Shown here: piece after piece, positions 28,659 to 43,600 of the stretch
How the letters are laid out: each line of letters begins with the position of its first letter
Numbering within the stretch: position 1 is the first letter of the stretch
NCBI GenBank assembly: GCA_963719315.1
Contig: CAVRBU010000002.1
Span: forward strand, 1,312,001-1,376,000
Source of the DNA: an uncultured Planctomycetota bacterium
Lineage (GTDB): Bacteria; Planctomycetota; Planctomycetia; Pirellulales; Lacipirellulaceae
Length of the DNA: 64,000 bases
Direction: 5' to 3'
Position numbers and translations under genes: made by a program
Notes under the pieces: generated by a model
The model's input: the letters and a program-made list of their open reading frames with translations, nothing else
Database searches by the model: none
Told to the model about the DNA's origin: nothing

Positions 28659-31600
28659 ATGGCACGTCAATCTCGCGGTCGCCTTCGTCTGGGTCGGATG
28701 TTCTCACCACGTAACCGCAGCGCCTCGGCCGTCGCCAGCGCCGAGGTCCACGAAAAACGCCGCAAGACGCGCGTGAAGAAGTGGCGCGAACGATTCAAGC
28801 GGTTCAGCCTCAGCGCGTGGCACGAGAGCGCGATCGTGCAGACCGTATGCGGATTATTCCGCGCCGGCGCGGATACCGCGCGCGCAGTGCGCGCCGCGAC
28901 GGGCTCACAAATCGTCGGCCCCAGCTACGGCCGGCAGTTGCGGATCGAAGGGTTGGAACAGCGGCAGATGCTGGCGGCAACCTCGTTAACGGGTTCGTAC
29001 TTTCAAGATTTCGACACGCTTGCTGTTAGTGGAACGTCGTCGACACTGCCAGCAGGCTGGGAATTCTCGGAAAGTGGTGGCTCCGCAAACACTTTGTACT
29101 CGGCAGGTACGGGAAGCAGCACAACTGGCGACACGTATAGTTTCGGCGCTGCTGCGAGCAGCGAACGGGCCTTGGGTGGCCTACAGAGCGGGTCGGTAAA
29201 CCCAACGATTGGCGCGTCTTTTACCAATGACACGGGCTCAACTATAACATCGCTTTCCATTTCGTACACTGGCGAGCAATGGCGGCTGGGAGCTTTAAGT
29301 CGGACTGATAAACTCGATTTTCAATACAGCACCGATGCTACGAGCTTGACGACAGGCACATGGACCGATTTCGATACGCTTGATTTTACTGGCCCCACGA
29401 CCACTGGATCCGTTGGCGCGCTGGACGGGAACGCAGCCGCGAATCGGACGGCGATCAGCGGAACAATTTCGTCACTTAGCATTACTTCGGGATCGACAGT
29501 CTATATCCGTTGGAACGATTTTAATCCAAGCGGATCAGACGACGGATTAGCGGTTGATGACTTTGCAATAGTAGCAGGACCAATATCCACGACCTATGTC
29601 GACGACACTTGGACTGGGTTTTCAAACGGACAAGTGATTGCCGACGCAGACTCGGTCACCTCGGGTAATCAGCCCGCGATTTTTGGCAAAAATGCATTTT
29701 CATCCATTCAAGCCGGCATCGACGGCGTTGCCGCTTCCGGCACGGTGATCGTCAACGCGGGCAGTTATGCCGAATCGCCGAATATCGGCGCTGGCAAGAC
29801 AGTCAAGATCGTCGGTGCCGTCGATCTCGGTGCCAACAACGTCTCGATTGATGGCACTTTGTTTGTCGACCAATTGCTAACGGCTGGAACGGTGCTCGCT
29901 ACCAACGGCGGCATACTGGGTGGCATCGGCACCATTACAGCCTCTTCGCTGGTCCGAATCAACAGCGGCGGCACGCTGGCCACCGGCGACAGCCCCGGCG
30001 AACTCACCGTCGAAGGCGACGTCCTGTTAAAAGCCGGCTCGACGTTCGCAGTCGATATCAACGGCACTGGAGCCGCCGATCACGATCGCCTCGTGGCTAA
30101 CAACGGTACGGTCACGATTGAATCTGGCGCCACGCTGTTGCCGACCGTCGGCTACGCGCCCGCCGCCGCCGATCTCATCAACCTCATCCACCACACAGGC
30201 ACCGGCAGCATTACGGGAGCCCTCACGTACTCCATCGCGTCCGGTTTTCGCCTGCAATCGAGTTCCGACGATGTGAACCTCGTTGAAAACAGCCCGCCGG
30301 TGTTTACGACCAGCGCTGCGCTGTCGATTCAGGAAAACCTCCTCGGCGTCACGTTGCTAGGTGCAACCGACGACGACATGGACACCCCGACGTTCTCAAT
30401 CACGGGCGGCGCCGATGCTGCGAAATTCGACATCACATCCGGCACTCAACTCGTATTCCTCACCGCGCCAGACTACGAAATCCCGGCCGACGCCGACACG
30501 GACAACGTGTATGAAGTGCAAGTCACCGCCGACGACGGTTTCGGCGGCGTTACGACACTGGACATCACGGTCACCGTGACGCCCGAGAGCGAATTCTCGC
30601 CGGTGGCCAATGCCGTTTCTGACGACGCGGACGAAGACGGCCCCGGCATATCGGTCTCGGCCGACTTCACCGACGGCGATGCTGGCGAAACTTACACGTT
30701 CGCCATTGACACGACCGGTACGATCGGCAGCGTCACCAACAACAACGACGGTACATTCACCTACGACCCGAACGGCCAATTCGACTATTTGCCCGACAGC
30801 ATCACCACGACCGACACATTCACCTACACCGTGAACGATGGAACGACGGACAGCAACTCGGCCACCGTTACGATCACGATTCACGGTGAGAACGACGCTC
30901 CCACGATCGGTGGCGACGTGAGCGGTGCGGTGACGGAAGACAGCGGCGCCGGCGAAATGGCCAGCGGCTCGCTTACGATCAGCGATCCCGACAATGGAGA
31001 ATCGAATTTCCAGGCGGACGCTGCCGCGACGACCTACGGCAGTTACACGCTCGCCGCGAATGGCGACTGGACCTATACGCTCGACAATAACAGTCCGGCC
31101 ATACAGTCCCTGGCCGCCGGACAACCTCTCGCTGACAGCTTTATGGCCGTCAGTGCTGACGGCACCAGCGTTCAAGTCGATATCACGATTACCGGCGTGA
31201 ATGATGCGGCCATGATCGGCGGCGACGTTGCAGGTGACGTGACGGAAGATGGCGTAACAATGGCGAGCGGCCTGAATACGGTTAGTGATGTAGACACAGG
31301 CCAAAACGTACTGCAATCGGTCCCCAGTACGCCGGCGACTTACGGCAGCTACTCCGTCGGACCGGGCGGCTGGTCGTACGCGCTCGACAACAACAATCCG
31401 GCCGTGCAGGCGCTCGACGCAATCAGCACTCCGCTGACCGATACGTTTACGATCACAAGCTTCGATGGCAGCGCGAGTGAGCTGGTGACGATCACCATTC
31501 ACGGCGCCGACGAGTCGCTAACCGTTGTCGTCGACGGTACCGACGGCGTTCCCGACACGCTCACTGTCGATTTCACTTTGGGTAAATACTATCTGAACGG

Positions 31601-34600
31601 TGTCGAGCAGGGAGATCTTGCGGGCCTCACGGATATCTACTTCAACGGTGGCGCCGGGGCCGGCTCCGACAAGCTCGAAATCATCGGCGGCGCGTTCGGC
31701 AATGTTACGTACAATTACGACAACACCAACGATGGCGATATCGAACTGGGCAACGGCCTTGTCGTGCATTACACGGGTCTGGAGCCGATCACCAACACCG
31801 GCACGGCCAGCGACGTCGTATTCAACCTCACCGGCCTGGCGGATGATGCCGTGCTGGAAGACGACGGACTCGGTGGCTTCCGCCTCCGCAGCGCGAACGG
31901 CACATTCGAAACGACCGATTTCGCGGCCCCTTCGAACAGCCTCACGATCATCGGCGGCGCGGGCGATACGCTCTTGGTTACCAAGTCTTTGTCGGTCGCG
32001 GGCAGCATCACGTTCGATGTGCCAACAATCAGCCTGGACGCGGATTTGACGGCCCCGACGCTGACCGGCACGGCCACCACGCTAATCGTCCTCTCGAATG
32101 CCGCGCAAATTCAGGATGCGGTGACCCTCGCGATTTCCGGAGCCACGATCAACGTGGCGGCGGGAACGTTTGATGAAGACGTAAGCTTGAACAAAGACGG
32201 TTTGAAACTATTTGGGGCTGGCGCGTCCTCGACCACGATCCGCGGCGTGATCGGTGGACCCGACGGCGCCACGATTCGCATCGCCGCGAACAATCTCGAA
32301 ATTGCCGGCCTGACGATTACACGAAACGGCAACACGGTCGCCGATTGGAATAATCCGGCTTTGAACACCGCTGGCATCGCCGTGATTGGCCAGGCGCTGT
32401 CCGGCGCCCTGATCCACGACAATATCATTACCGGCAACCGCACTGGTATCGATATCAACAATTCGAACGGCCACACGGTCCGGAACAATGTGATCACGGA
32501 CAATCACACCGGTATGATTTTCCGCAATCAGACGGATAACACGACCGTTGTCGAGAACGCGATAACCGACAATCGGACGGTAGGCATCGTGTTCCTCGAC
32601 GCCAGCGGCGGATCGAACAGCCCCGTTCAACAGGCTCTCAACAGCACGTTCAGTGGCAACAACATCAGCAGCAACTGGTATGGCCAAATCGTGGATCGTC
32701 AATCCGGCGGTTCGTTGCCGTTGCCTGGAGCCAACCTGAAGAATTTCAGCGGCAACTGGTTCGGAACGGCGGCTCCCGTCATCACTACAGCGAACAGCGC
32801 CGAGCCTGCCTACGCCTCCCTGATTCCGCCATCGGCAGGCGGCAGTGCAATGGCTCCTGGCGGCCAACCCGATATCGCCGGTCCGGCGTCGGCGAATTTC
32901 GACATCTCACCGCTGTTGCTCTCCGGAGTGGACACCGATCTGCTGGAATTCGGCTTCCAAGGGGACTACAGCACGGTGTTAGCCACGACTGAAGGCGCTC
33001 AAACGCTCGGCGGTCGAATCGACGAAGCGATTGGTGTCGTCCCCTCGGGCGGAACGGTAAAGATTGCGGCTGGCGTGTATGCGGAAAGCGTGGATGCCAC
33101 CACGAATTCCGTGATTCTCGCGCCTGGCGCAAGCCCGGGCCAAGTCACGGTGAACAGCCTGACGCTCGATAATAACGACGCCCTGGCGATCGAAATCGAC
33201 GGCCTAACTCCTGGTACGCAATACGACAAATTCGTCGTTACCGGCACTGCAACATTAGGCGACGCAGCGCTGACGACGACCGGCACCTACATTCCGTCGC
33301 TCGGCAATGCGTTTACCGTGATCGATGCGGCCACACTTTCAGGTACGCTCTCGACCACCAGTGCCACGCTCAATGGCTTCCCGCTCTCGGTTACGTATCC
33401 TGGCAGCGGCTATGTCGTGCTGGCGGTCTCGCCACAGATGGACGTTCGGGTCGACGACGATTGGACGGTCTCCGTGGGCGGAGACATCGCGCCCGCGGGA
33501 CTCTCGAATGGTGACACGGTTGAATCGGGCGCTGGCGAAACCGTCGTCAGCGGTTTGACATTCGGCTACAACGCCTTCGCAACGATCACCGACGCGCTGG
33601 CCGCTGTGCTCAATGGCGGCACGATCCACGTGCTGGCCGGCACGTACCTGGAATCGCTCGCAATCGCCAAGGACGTGACGATCGAAGGTCAAAGCGACAC
33701 CGGCCCCGGAGCGGTTCATCTCGATGCGAACTCGGCGTTCACCGCCATCGATATCAGCCCCACGTACGACGTTACGATCTCGGGTCTCGAAATCTCGAAC
33801 TACTTCTCGACCGGCATTCACGAGAACGGCGCCAGCCTAGCGCTGAACGGCACGACACTCAACGGCGGTCTGACCGGCGTTTGGATCGATGGCGGAACGC
33901 TCGATATGGACAACACCGTCATCAGCGGCGTGGCCGTCTTCGGCATTCAGATCGGCGCCAGCGGTATTGCCGATATCGCTACCAGCGAGATCATGGGCAC
34001 CGCCACCACGGCGGCCGGCGTCATCGTTTCTTCCGGCCATGCCGATATCAACAACAGCGTCCTCAGCGGCAACAACCGCGGCATGTTGGTCAATGCCACC
34101 GGCACCGCCGCCATCCACGGCAGCTACCTGGACGGCAACAGCATCGCGGCAATCGTCAACGGCACCGCGACGGTTGTGGATGCTTCGGGCAACGCCTGGG
34201 GCACGAACGTGGATACCGGCCCGACTGGCGTTCAGTCGAAAACTGTCGGCCCGGTCGATTTCACACCGTACCTCGATTCCAGCACCGATACGGACAGCGG
34301 CGCCCGCGGCTTCGTAGGCGACCTCTCGCATTTGCACGTGACGACACTCGGCAGTCAAACCGGCGGCGTCGGACGCATTCAAGAAGGCGTGGACGATATC
34401 GAGGACGGCGCGCTCACCGGCGGCGGCCGGATTCTGGACGTTCATGCCGGCACGTATGCAGAAAACTTGCTCGTCAATAAATCGGTCTACTTGAAGGGCG
34501 CCAATGACGGAACGGCCGGCAGCGGCTCTCGCGGCACCGAATCCGTGATTCGCGCGAGCGGCAACACCTCCGGCGTCGTGACCGTTACTGCCAACGATAT

Positions 34601-37600
34601 TACGATTAGCGGTTTTACGGTCAGCGGCGACGATCCGAGTGTGACCGGCCTGCCCGTCCACAGTGGCGCTGATGCGAATGCGCTCTACGCGATCACCAAT
34701 GGCGATACCGTGTCTGGCGCTCCGATCGATGGCCTCACGGTCCGCGACAACATCATCCAACAGGCGGCCTTGGGCGTTCACGGGAACGGCATTTCCGGCG
34801 CGTCTACGAAAAGTGTAATCGATGCCAACCTGTTCCAAGACATCGGCGTCTACGACTTTGGCTACGCCATTAGTCTGCGCAACAATTTCTACGCCGATAT
34901 CACCAACAACGTGATGCGCCGCGTCTATACGGGCGTGCTCGCCAACAACTTCTCCACATCCAAAGGCTCGCCCTGGTTGATGCAGGGGAACGACATCGAA
35001 AGCTACGCGGCCGGCCTGTGGCACAATCAGTCGTACGGCGCTTCGACGGTGATGACGATCGACGGCAACATGTTCAAGCAGTCCTCCGGACCAGCCGTAG
35101 CGGACAACATTGGCATCCTGTTTACGCTCGGTCCGGGTGGCAACTTGCCGACCGTGACCGGCAACACGATCGAGGACCACGATTACGGCGTGGTCGTGTG
35201 GGGAACGCCTGGCGGCCTCACGCTCGGAAGCACGAATTCCATTTCCGGAGCGGACACCGGCATCTATGTGACTAACAACGTGGGCTTCAACCCGATCGGA
35301 TCAACGGTTCTCGGTCTTGTGGGGACGCCCTCGTCGGTCGTGGTGGACGGGATGATGATCGACGCATCGACAACGGGCATCATCGTCCGAGGCGACGCGG
35401 GCGGCGGCGTCAGTTCGGTCGTTGTGCAGAATGATACCGAAATCAGTGGCGCGGCGACCGGCATTTTGATAAGTGGGCCAAACGCAACCGCGACGATTTC
35501 CGGCAACGATGCCTCGATCCACGGCAACGCGATCGGCATCGACGTCGACGGCGGCTCGGCCACGATTACCAACAACCATATCTACGACAACACCACCGGT
35601 ATCCGCCTCATTTCCGGCGGCAGCGCGACGATCGACGACAATGATTTCGAAGGCGGCGGCAGCCCGGACAACGGAACCGATATTCTGTTGACGGTCAGCT
35701 CCGGCGGCATCACCGGCGGCGTTGTGACCGGCAATACGTTCGCCGGTTCCACGTACATTCGCAACGAATCACCTCAGGATATCACCGCGCTCCGCGACCC
35801 CTACGGGACGAATTTCTACAATGTGGCCGGCGTGGCCACCACAAACGATTTCACGATCGAAAGCCGCATCTACCATCAAGTCGACAACGCGTCGTCGGGT
35901 CTGGTGACCTGGGTGCCGAATACGATCTTTGTCGCCAGCGTTGCCGAAACGGGCAGCACGCCGACAGCTACCGACAACGATTACACGCGGATCAAGAACG
36001 CGATCGAAGCGGCCGGAGACGGCGACATTATCCAACTTCTAGGCGGCGGTGCGAACGCTTTTAATTGGACCGAATCATTTGCGGCCGCTTCGTGGGCCTT
36101 AGGCAACGATGGCGTGGCCAGCACCGCTGACGATTACTCGATCTTGACGCTAGATGGACTGGAAGACGTTACGTTGACGGCGCCAGGCGGGTTGGGCACC
36201 GCGACAATACTCGGCCCCGGCGAAGAGATCGGCCGCGCCGGCGGCTTCCTGGCATTCCGCGGTGGCGTAAACACTGGGTGGACGATTTCCGAACTCGAGA
36301 TCAACAACTTCGAATACGGTATCGGTTACTTCTTCGGCGCCGGCGGATTGCACGCTTATGACGATACGACCATCACGCACAACCATATCGTGCTACCGGC
36401 CGACGTGCCAGAGACCGTCGATTCGTTCACCGATGACGATATCGAACCTGGTTATGGCAAAGACGTGAACGTAGCCATTCACTTCTCATTCGGTGATAAC
36501 CAGACAATATCCGACAACATCATTGATTTTGCCGGTGACGGCGTAAGCGATTCGGGCATGGGCTCCTATGCCGCGTCGATCGGCATGTTGTCCGATACGA
36601 GCGGCTCTGCCTACGAAGGCCTGCTAATCACCGGCAATACACTGAACGTGCTGGCCGCCCAATCGGCCGATCCAGAAGTGATTCGCGGTATTTGGGAAAA
36701 TGGCCACGCACACACCAGCAACATCACGATTAGTGACAATCACTTCTACAATCTCGCCGGAGGCAACGATCCAACGCTGAATCTGCAGCGTGCCTTTACG
36801 GTCACGTCGCATTCCAGCGTAACCACGACCGTGACATACGCAAACAACACGGTCGATGGCGCCAACATGGGCTGGCAATGGTTGGGCGGGGCAAACTTCG
36901 CCGGAACGCAACCGGTCGTGCTCAGCGGCAATACGCTTACCAACGTAGCCACCGGTATGCTGATCCGGTCCAATGGATCGGCCACGCTGACGGGCAACAG
37001 CTTTACGAACAGCGGCGCGATGCTGCACGTCGGTATCGGCGTCGACGTGGCGGCCGGATCGACGGCCGAACTCGACGGCGGCGCAAGCGAGAACAGCATC
37101 GTCGGTTTCGATACGGCCATCCGTTCCGATGGAACGGTTAACGTCCACGACAACAACGCCTCGATTCACGGCAACCTCATCGGCATCGATGTTACGGGCG
37201 GTACCGCCACAATCAGCGGCAATCATATTTACGACAACACCACCGGTATCCGCTTCGCGGGCACCGGAGGTTCGATCGACAATAACGTTTTCGACGACAA
37301 TAGCGACAACACGACTGACCTGTTGATCGTCAGCGGTGCCGGAACGTTAAGCAGCGTTAGCGGCAACTCTTTCGCCGGCGACACGTTCTTTATCGAAAAT
37401 CAAGATGACCAGAGTGTCGATGCCACGAGCGACACATTCGATGAAGTGAGCAACTACCGCATCGAAGACAAGATGCACCACCGCGTGGACACCGATCTGG
37501 CGGTAACAACCGGTTTGGTTACCTGGGTGACCGGCAATTTGTACATCACTGATCCGGCAATCAATCCTGTTTCAACCGATTCGAGCATTCAGCGCGGCAT

Positions 37601-40600
37601 CGACGCCGCGTTGGCCGGCAACACGATTAACGTCGAGGCGGGCACGTACACCGACAGCGCACAAATCGTCGTCGACAAAGACCTGGCGATCATCGGCGAA
37701 GGCAAGACGGCAACAATCTTCACCAAGAACTTCGACACCGCCGCTAGCGGCGATGCCCGCGGTTGGTGGCTTGTGAATGACGGGGTTTCGCTCGAATTGA
37801 GCGACGTTGCCTTCGACGGAAGCGGGAATCTCACCTGGCAGGCGATTCGCCACAAGGGCGCGGGCACGATCGACAACGTCGCCTTTACAGAGATCAAGTT
37901 CCAAGAATCCGGTCCGAGTTACGCCGGCACGGCCGTTGCCTATTTCCCGACCGCGGGCGGCAATCTGGACGTTACCAACTCGATGTTCAGTGAAATCGGT
38001 CGCCAGGGCGTACTGTACTTCGGCACGGGTGTGACCGGTATGTTCAAAGACAATATGTACACCGGCAAGGGGGCCGGCGACTGGCTGGATTATGCCGTGG
38101 AAGTGGGCGCTGGGGCCAAGATTGATATCATCGGCAGCACGATTTCCGGCAACCTCGGCGTCGCGTCCAGCGACGGTTCGACATCGGCCGGCGTACTTGT
38201 CACGACGTTCTTCGGAGCAGGCTCTGAGGCTCATTTCAGTGGCGCCAATGTCATCTCCGGCAATACCACCGGCGTAGCCATTGGATATGACGGCACCGAC
38301 AGTTCCGTCGTTACGGTCAATAGCGGCCAGTTCAAAAACAATACGGCGCATGGCATCAGCATCGTCGGCGGCAGCTCTGCCATGCTGAGCGTGACGGGCG
38401 CAACCCTCACCGGCAATAGTGATGCCGGCATTTTGGCCGACGGTGCCAATGTGAAGGTGGACAGCACCGACCTGACGGGTAACGACGTTGGTATCCGCGT
38501 TCAGAATGACGCGGTCGTAGACGCCGGCGGCGGAGCATTTAGCAGCATCGGCGGAAATATCCTCACGGGCTACACGGGAACGGGCGGCAACTACGCCATT
38601 GAAGATCTAAACCTCGCGCCCGGCCCCGATGTTAACGCCCAGTTCAACGATTTCGGCCCGTACGTCAACATTTCGATCATCGAGAACTACGTCTTCGACG
38701 ACACCGACGATCCGACGCGAACGATGGTCATCTTCATCGGCGCGCTCAATCAACAGCCGGCGCCGTCTGTCGTCTTTGTCGATGACGATTGGGCTGGCAC
38801 GTCGCTCGGTACGGACGCGGACGGCGCGGGCAATGTCGTCGCGAATTGGACCGGCATCGGCGGTAACGCCAACGGCACGCAGTTCGGCGTCGACCAGTTC
38901 GCCACGATTCAGGATGCGATCAACGCGATCGCCCCGGGCGGCAGCATTTATGTTTACGACGGATCGTACGTTCAAGAGCTTGTTGTCGACCGATCGCTCT
39001 CGTTGTTCGGCTACCAAGCCGGGCAGGATGCGCGAACCCGCGGCGTAGTGTCTGAGGCCGTCATCCAGGCAAGCACTGCGAGCGACGCTTTGATCGAGGT
39101 TTCAGCGGCCGGCGTCACGATCGACGGCTTTACCATCGACGGAGACGATCTGGCCACCCGCGCAGTCCGCGTTAACGAAGTTGATGATGCGGTCGTGCGC
39201 AACAACATCATCACAGCGGCCGTGCGCGGCGTGCAGTACAACGGCTCCGCCGGTGGCAACTCCGGCGGTCTGGTGGAACAAAACCTCATCGAGAACCTGA
39301 CGGCTGACGCAAACGGCAGCTACGGCGTCCTCGCGTTTGACGCGAGCTATGCGGCTGTCATGAACAACGACATGACGGGTCTCGACGTCGGTATCTTCGA
39401 GCAATACTTCTATCAACCGAACGGCGGGGGGAACGCCGCCAACGTCATCAGCGGCAACGACATTTCTGCCGCTGTGCTCGGCTATGGCACGAACGAGCGA
39501 AGTTCCGCCGCGGCGACGACGGCGCTCTCCGATAACGTGTACACGATCGGCGCCGGCGGCGTAGGCATCCAGCTCTACAACATCTACAAAGCCAACGGCA
39601 TTACGCTTACGAATGAAACAATTACCGGCGCGCATGTCGGCGTTTACGCGTACGTCAACGGCGGCTCGGTATCGATTGCCGATAGCTCCATCACCGGCGA
39701 CGGAACTGCCGGCTCGATCGGCGTTCAATTGACCAACTACTTGGCCGCTTACTCCTCCTATGCCACGGCCTTCTCAAATGTCCCGGGCGCGGTCACCATC
39801 AGCGGCTCGGACATTAGCAGTTTCAAAACGGGCGTATTCGTCGAAGACGCGGACGCCGATTTTGATCTGGATTTGATCGACGACGCGACCGGTTCCGTCA
39901 CGGCGACAATTACTGACGATACCGATATCTCGGGCGCCGACACCGGCATCCTGGTCAGCGGCCCTGCTGCGTCCGCCATCATTACCGGCAACGACGCGTC
40001 GATCCACGGCAACGTCGTTGGCATCGACGTCGACGGCGGCTCGGCCACGATCGCCGGCAACCACATCTATGACAACGGCACCGGCGTCTGGTTCCACAAC
40101 GGCGGCGCCGGCTCGGTCGGCGGCGCACTTCTCGTCGATGGCAACAACTTCGATGACAACGTCGCCGGCGACGGGGCCGACGACAACGCCACCGACATCT
40201 TGATTGATTCTTCGGCCGGTACGGTCGATATTCTCGGCAATAACCAATTCGCGGGCGACACGTTCTTCATCGATAACCAAAGCACGACCGACTACGACCT
40301 GTCGAGCAATGGGACCACCTTCGATGAAACCGGTGCGGATGCCAACTTCCGCATCGAAGACAAGATCCACCACGAAATGGATACGGATCTCGCGCTTGGC
40401 AACGGCCTCGTTACCTGGGTTGCCGGCAACCTCTACGTGACGGATGGCGGCACCGACCACAGCATTCAGCGCGGCGTTGATGTCGCGACGGCTGGCAACA
40501 CGATCAATGTCGAAGCTGGCACCTACATTGAAAATGTTAGCGTCGATAAGAGCCTAACGCTGCTGTCCGACTCTGGTCGGGCGATCACCACGATTCAAGG

Positions 40601-43600
40601 TATCTCCAATGTTGGCGCTCTTGGCACGCTGTTGATCACGAACGGCACGAATGATGTAACGATTGGCGGACCCACCGGCAATGGCTTTACCATCATTGGC
40701 ATCGACAACGGCAATCCTGGCATTGAAAACGCTGCCGTCTACCTCCAAGGGACACACGACAATATCGAGTTCCGCTACAACGATGTTGTGGCCAATGGCG
40801 ATGAAGGCTTGTTGACCGAATTTGGCCAGGCCAACTCCAACTTCATCATCGACAACAATATCTTCTCCGGCCAGACGTTCGTTGGGCCTACCCCGGCAGA
40901 CAACGGTTTTGCCAACCAATTCACGACACCGAACGTGCCGCGCCAATTGGTGGTCATGGGTTCTGGTTCCGGAACCACCACGACGACAAATATCACGTTC
41001 ACGAATAATCAAATTACAGGCACCGCCGGCGGCTCCAATGGCGGCGGCGAGCAGGGTAACACACTTGTGACTATCGATGCATTGGGAACATCGATCAGTG
41101 GTAACACGTTCTCCGGCACAACGACTCGGTTCGGCAACAGCCTGCGTGCCCGCGGCGCGAACAACATCATCACCGGCAACATCTTCAACAGCACCGGGAT
41201 GGGAGCGAACACCGTCGATCTGTACGTCAATCGCGCTGGGAATATCATCCAGGGCAACACGTTTTCCAGCACTGCCGGTGGCGCTCTACAGGTCGACGGC
41301 GCCCTTGGTGGCGCCACGATCGGCGGCGCCGGTTTGGGCGAGGCGAACTCGTTCAGCGGCTACGACGCGGGTGTGATCATCACTGGCGCTACCGCTACGG
41401 TCGACTCGAACATGTTTACCAGTAATGGATTCGGTGTGGTCGATGCCGGCTCTGCTACGATCGTCGATAACACGTTCAGTAGTACGACTGCGGACGTCGA
41501 CGTTAACTCCGGCACCGCATTCGTTCAAGACAATTCGTTCGCCGGACCGATCGGCGTTTTGGTTCGCAATGGCGGTATTGCCGATCTTGGCCAGACCGGC
41601 AACCCTTCGCCAAGTGATTTCACCGGTCTCGGCATTAGCGCGGGCGGCAATGACTTCTCGTCCTACGCGCCCACCGCGACGGCCGCATCCGGCGCCATCG
41701 TTGATCTCAACACGAACGGCGCGAATGCCGATCCGGGACGCCAGGGCCCGCCGCTCGACGTCACCGCCTTCGGCAATACGTGGACAGACCCGACGCCCAA
41801 CGGTATCGAGGACGTCGTCTATCACGATAGCGATGATAGTTCGCTCGGTTTCGTCGATTTCGCCGCCTTCGGAAGTTTGAGCGTAATGGCCACCACCTCG
41901 ACCTCCATTCTCGAAGGTGGCTCCGTCTCGATCAGCGGCTCGTTCTCGAATGTTCCGCAGGCCCATACGATCACGATCGTCTGGGGCGATAGCAGCCCGG
42001 ACACGGTCATCAACAATCTCTCCGGCGACTTCGATTTCAGCTCGTCGCACACATACATCGACAACGTCAACGGCACGCCATTCAGCAACTTCCCGATTAC
42101 GGTGACCGTAACGGACGCATCGTTGGCCATGATCGGTCCGTCCGCGCCGATCAATGTACTGGTGACTAATACAGACCCCGTTATCGACACGTTTACCGGC
42201 CCATTGACGGCTGGCACCGGCCAAACCAAGCACTACACCTTTACTGCCAGCGACCTCGGCGACGGAAACCGCACGCCTGGCCAACTCTCCGCGGGCGCGA
42301 TGCTTGCGCCAAGTGGCGGCGCGACGGCGAGCCTGGTGGGCCCCGTTGTATTTGATACGACGACCGGTATTGGCAGCTTCGACGTCCTGTTCACCGCACC
42401 TCCGGGAGGTGGTTCGGTGGATATCAAGGTCACGGTATCCGACGACGATTTCGCCTCTGATATGGAGACGCTTACCGTCAACGTCGGCAATACGCTCCAA
42501 GTCACCAATTTCGTGACCAATCCCAGCGGATTTGACGTTACGTTCAATCGAGAACCTAACCTCAGCGATTTGAATCTCTACGATGGTCGAAAAGCCAGCG
42601 AAGTAACCGTGGTAATCGACCCAGCGGATATCATCGTGACCCGCCAGGTGGTGCGGGACCGGCGACCGTCGTCAACGGCTCAATGGCTTGGGATGCGTTG
42701 ACCAATACGCTGAGCTGGATTAAATCGGGTGGCATCCTCGCGGATGATCTGCTCAATTACACCTACAATGTCACGCTCAAGAGCGGTCCCAGCGCCTTCC
42801 ACGATGCCTTTGGCAATCTCGACGGCGATGGCGACTTCGACGACACTCCGGGCGAAGACTACACCAATTCGTTTGGCGTAACGGCCACCACAGCCCGGGT
42901 TGTCAGCATCCACGACTTTGCTCGGGGCCCAGGCCAGGATGTTGACGATTCGCCGGTTGCCGGCAATGGGTTGGCGGTCAGCATCGACGATGCGACCGAC
43001 GTCCGCTCGCTCAATTTCCACTTCCGCTACGATCCTACCTACCTGGCAATCAATGGCGCCTCGCTGGCCCCGGGCTTGGCGGGCATGGGTTGGACGATCA
43101 CGGTCAACAACCTGACGCCTGGCGACTTGATCATTACGACTTCTAGCCCCGCCAATGAATTGTCGGGCACGGATGTCGATGTTGTGATTATCGACGCGAC
43201 CGTTAAGTCCACCGCCCTCTATGGCGGCGCAGAAATCCTGCGGTTCGAAACCGTAGCGATGGGCATCGAAAGTGGGGTGACGGTCGTGCCAGTCGCGCAC
43301 GTCGAAGACCGCGCTATCCACAAGAACGTTTACTTGGGCGACGCCAGCGGCGATCATCTCTACGATGGATTCGACGTAACTCTCATGTCGCGCGTCGCGG
43401 TTTCGTTCGATACCGGCTTCGCCCACAACGATTGGACCGACCCGCTGGTCGTCGGCGATATCAATCGCGACGGCGTGATCGACAGCATCGATACGGCGAT
43501 TGTCGGCCAGAAGGTCGTATTCCCGGCTAGCACGCCGCAAATCCCGGATGTTGTCGTGCTATCTCCGGTCATCCTCGCCAGTGGCGCCGATCCAACGCTC

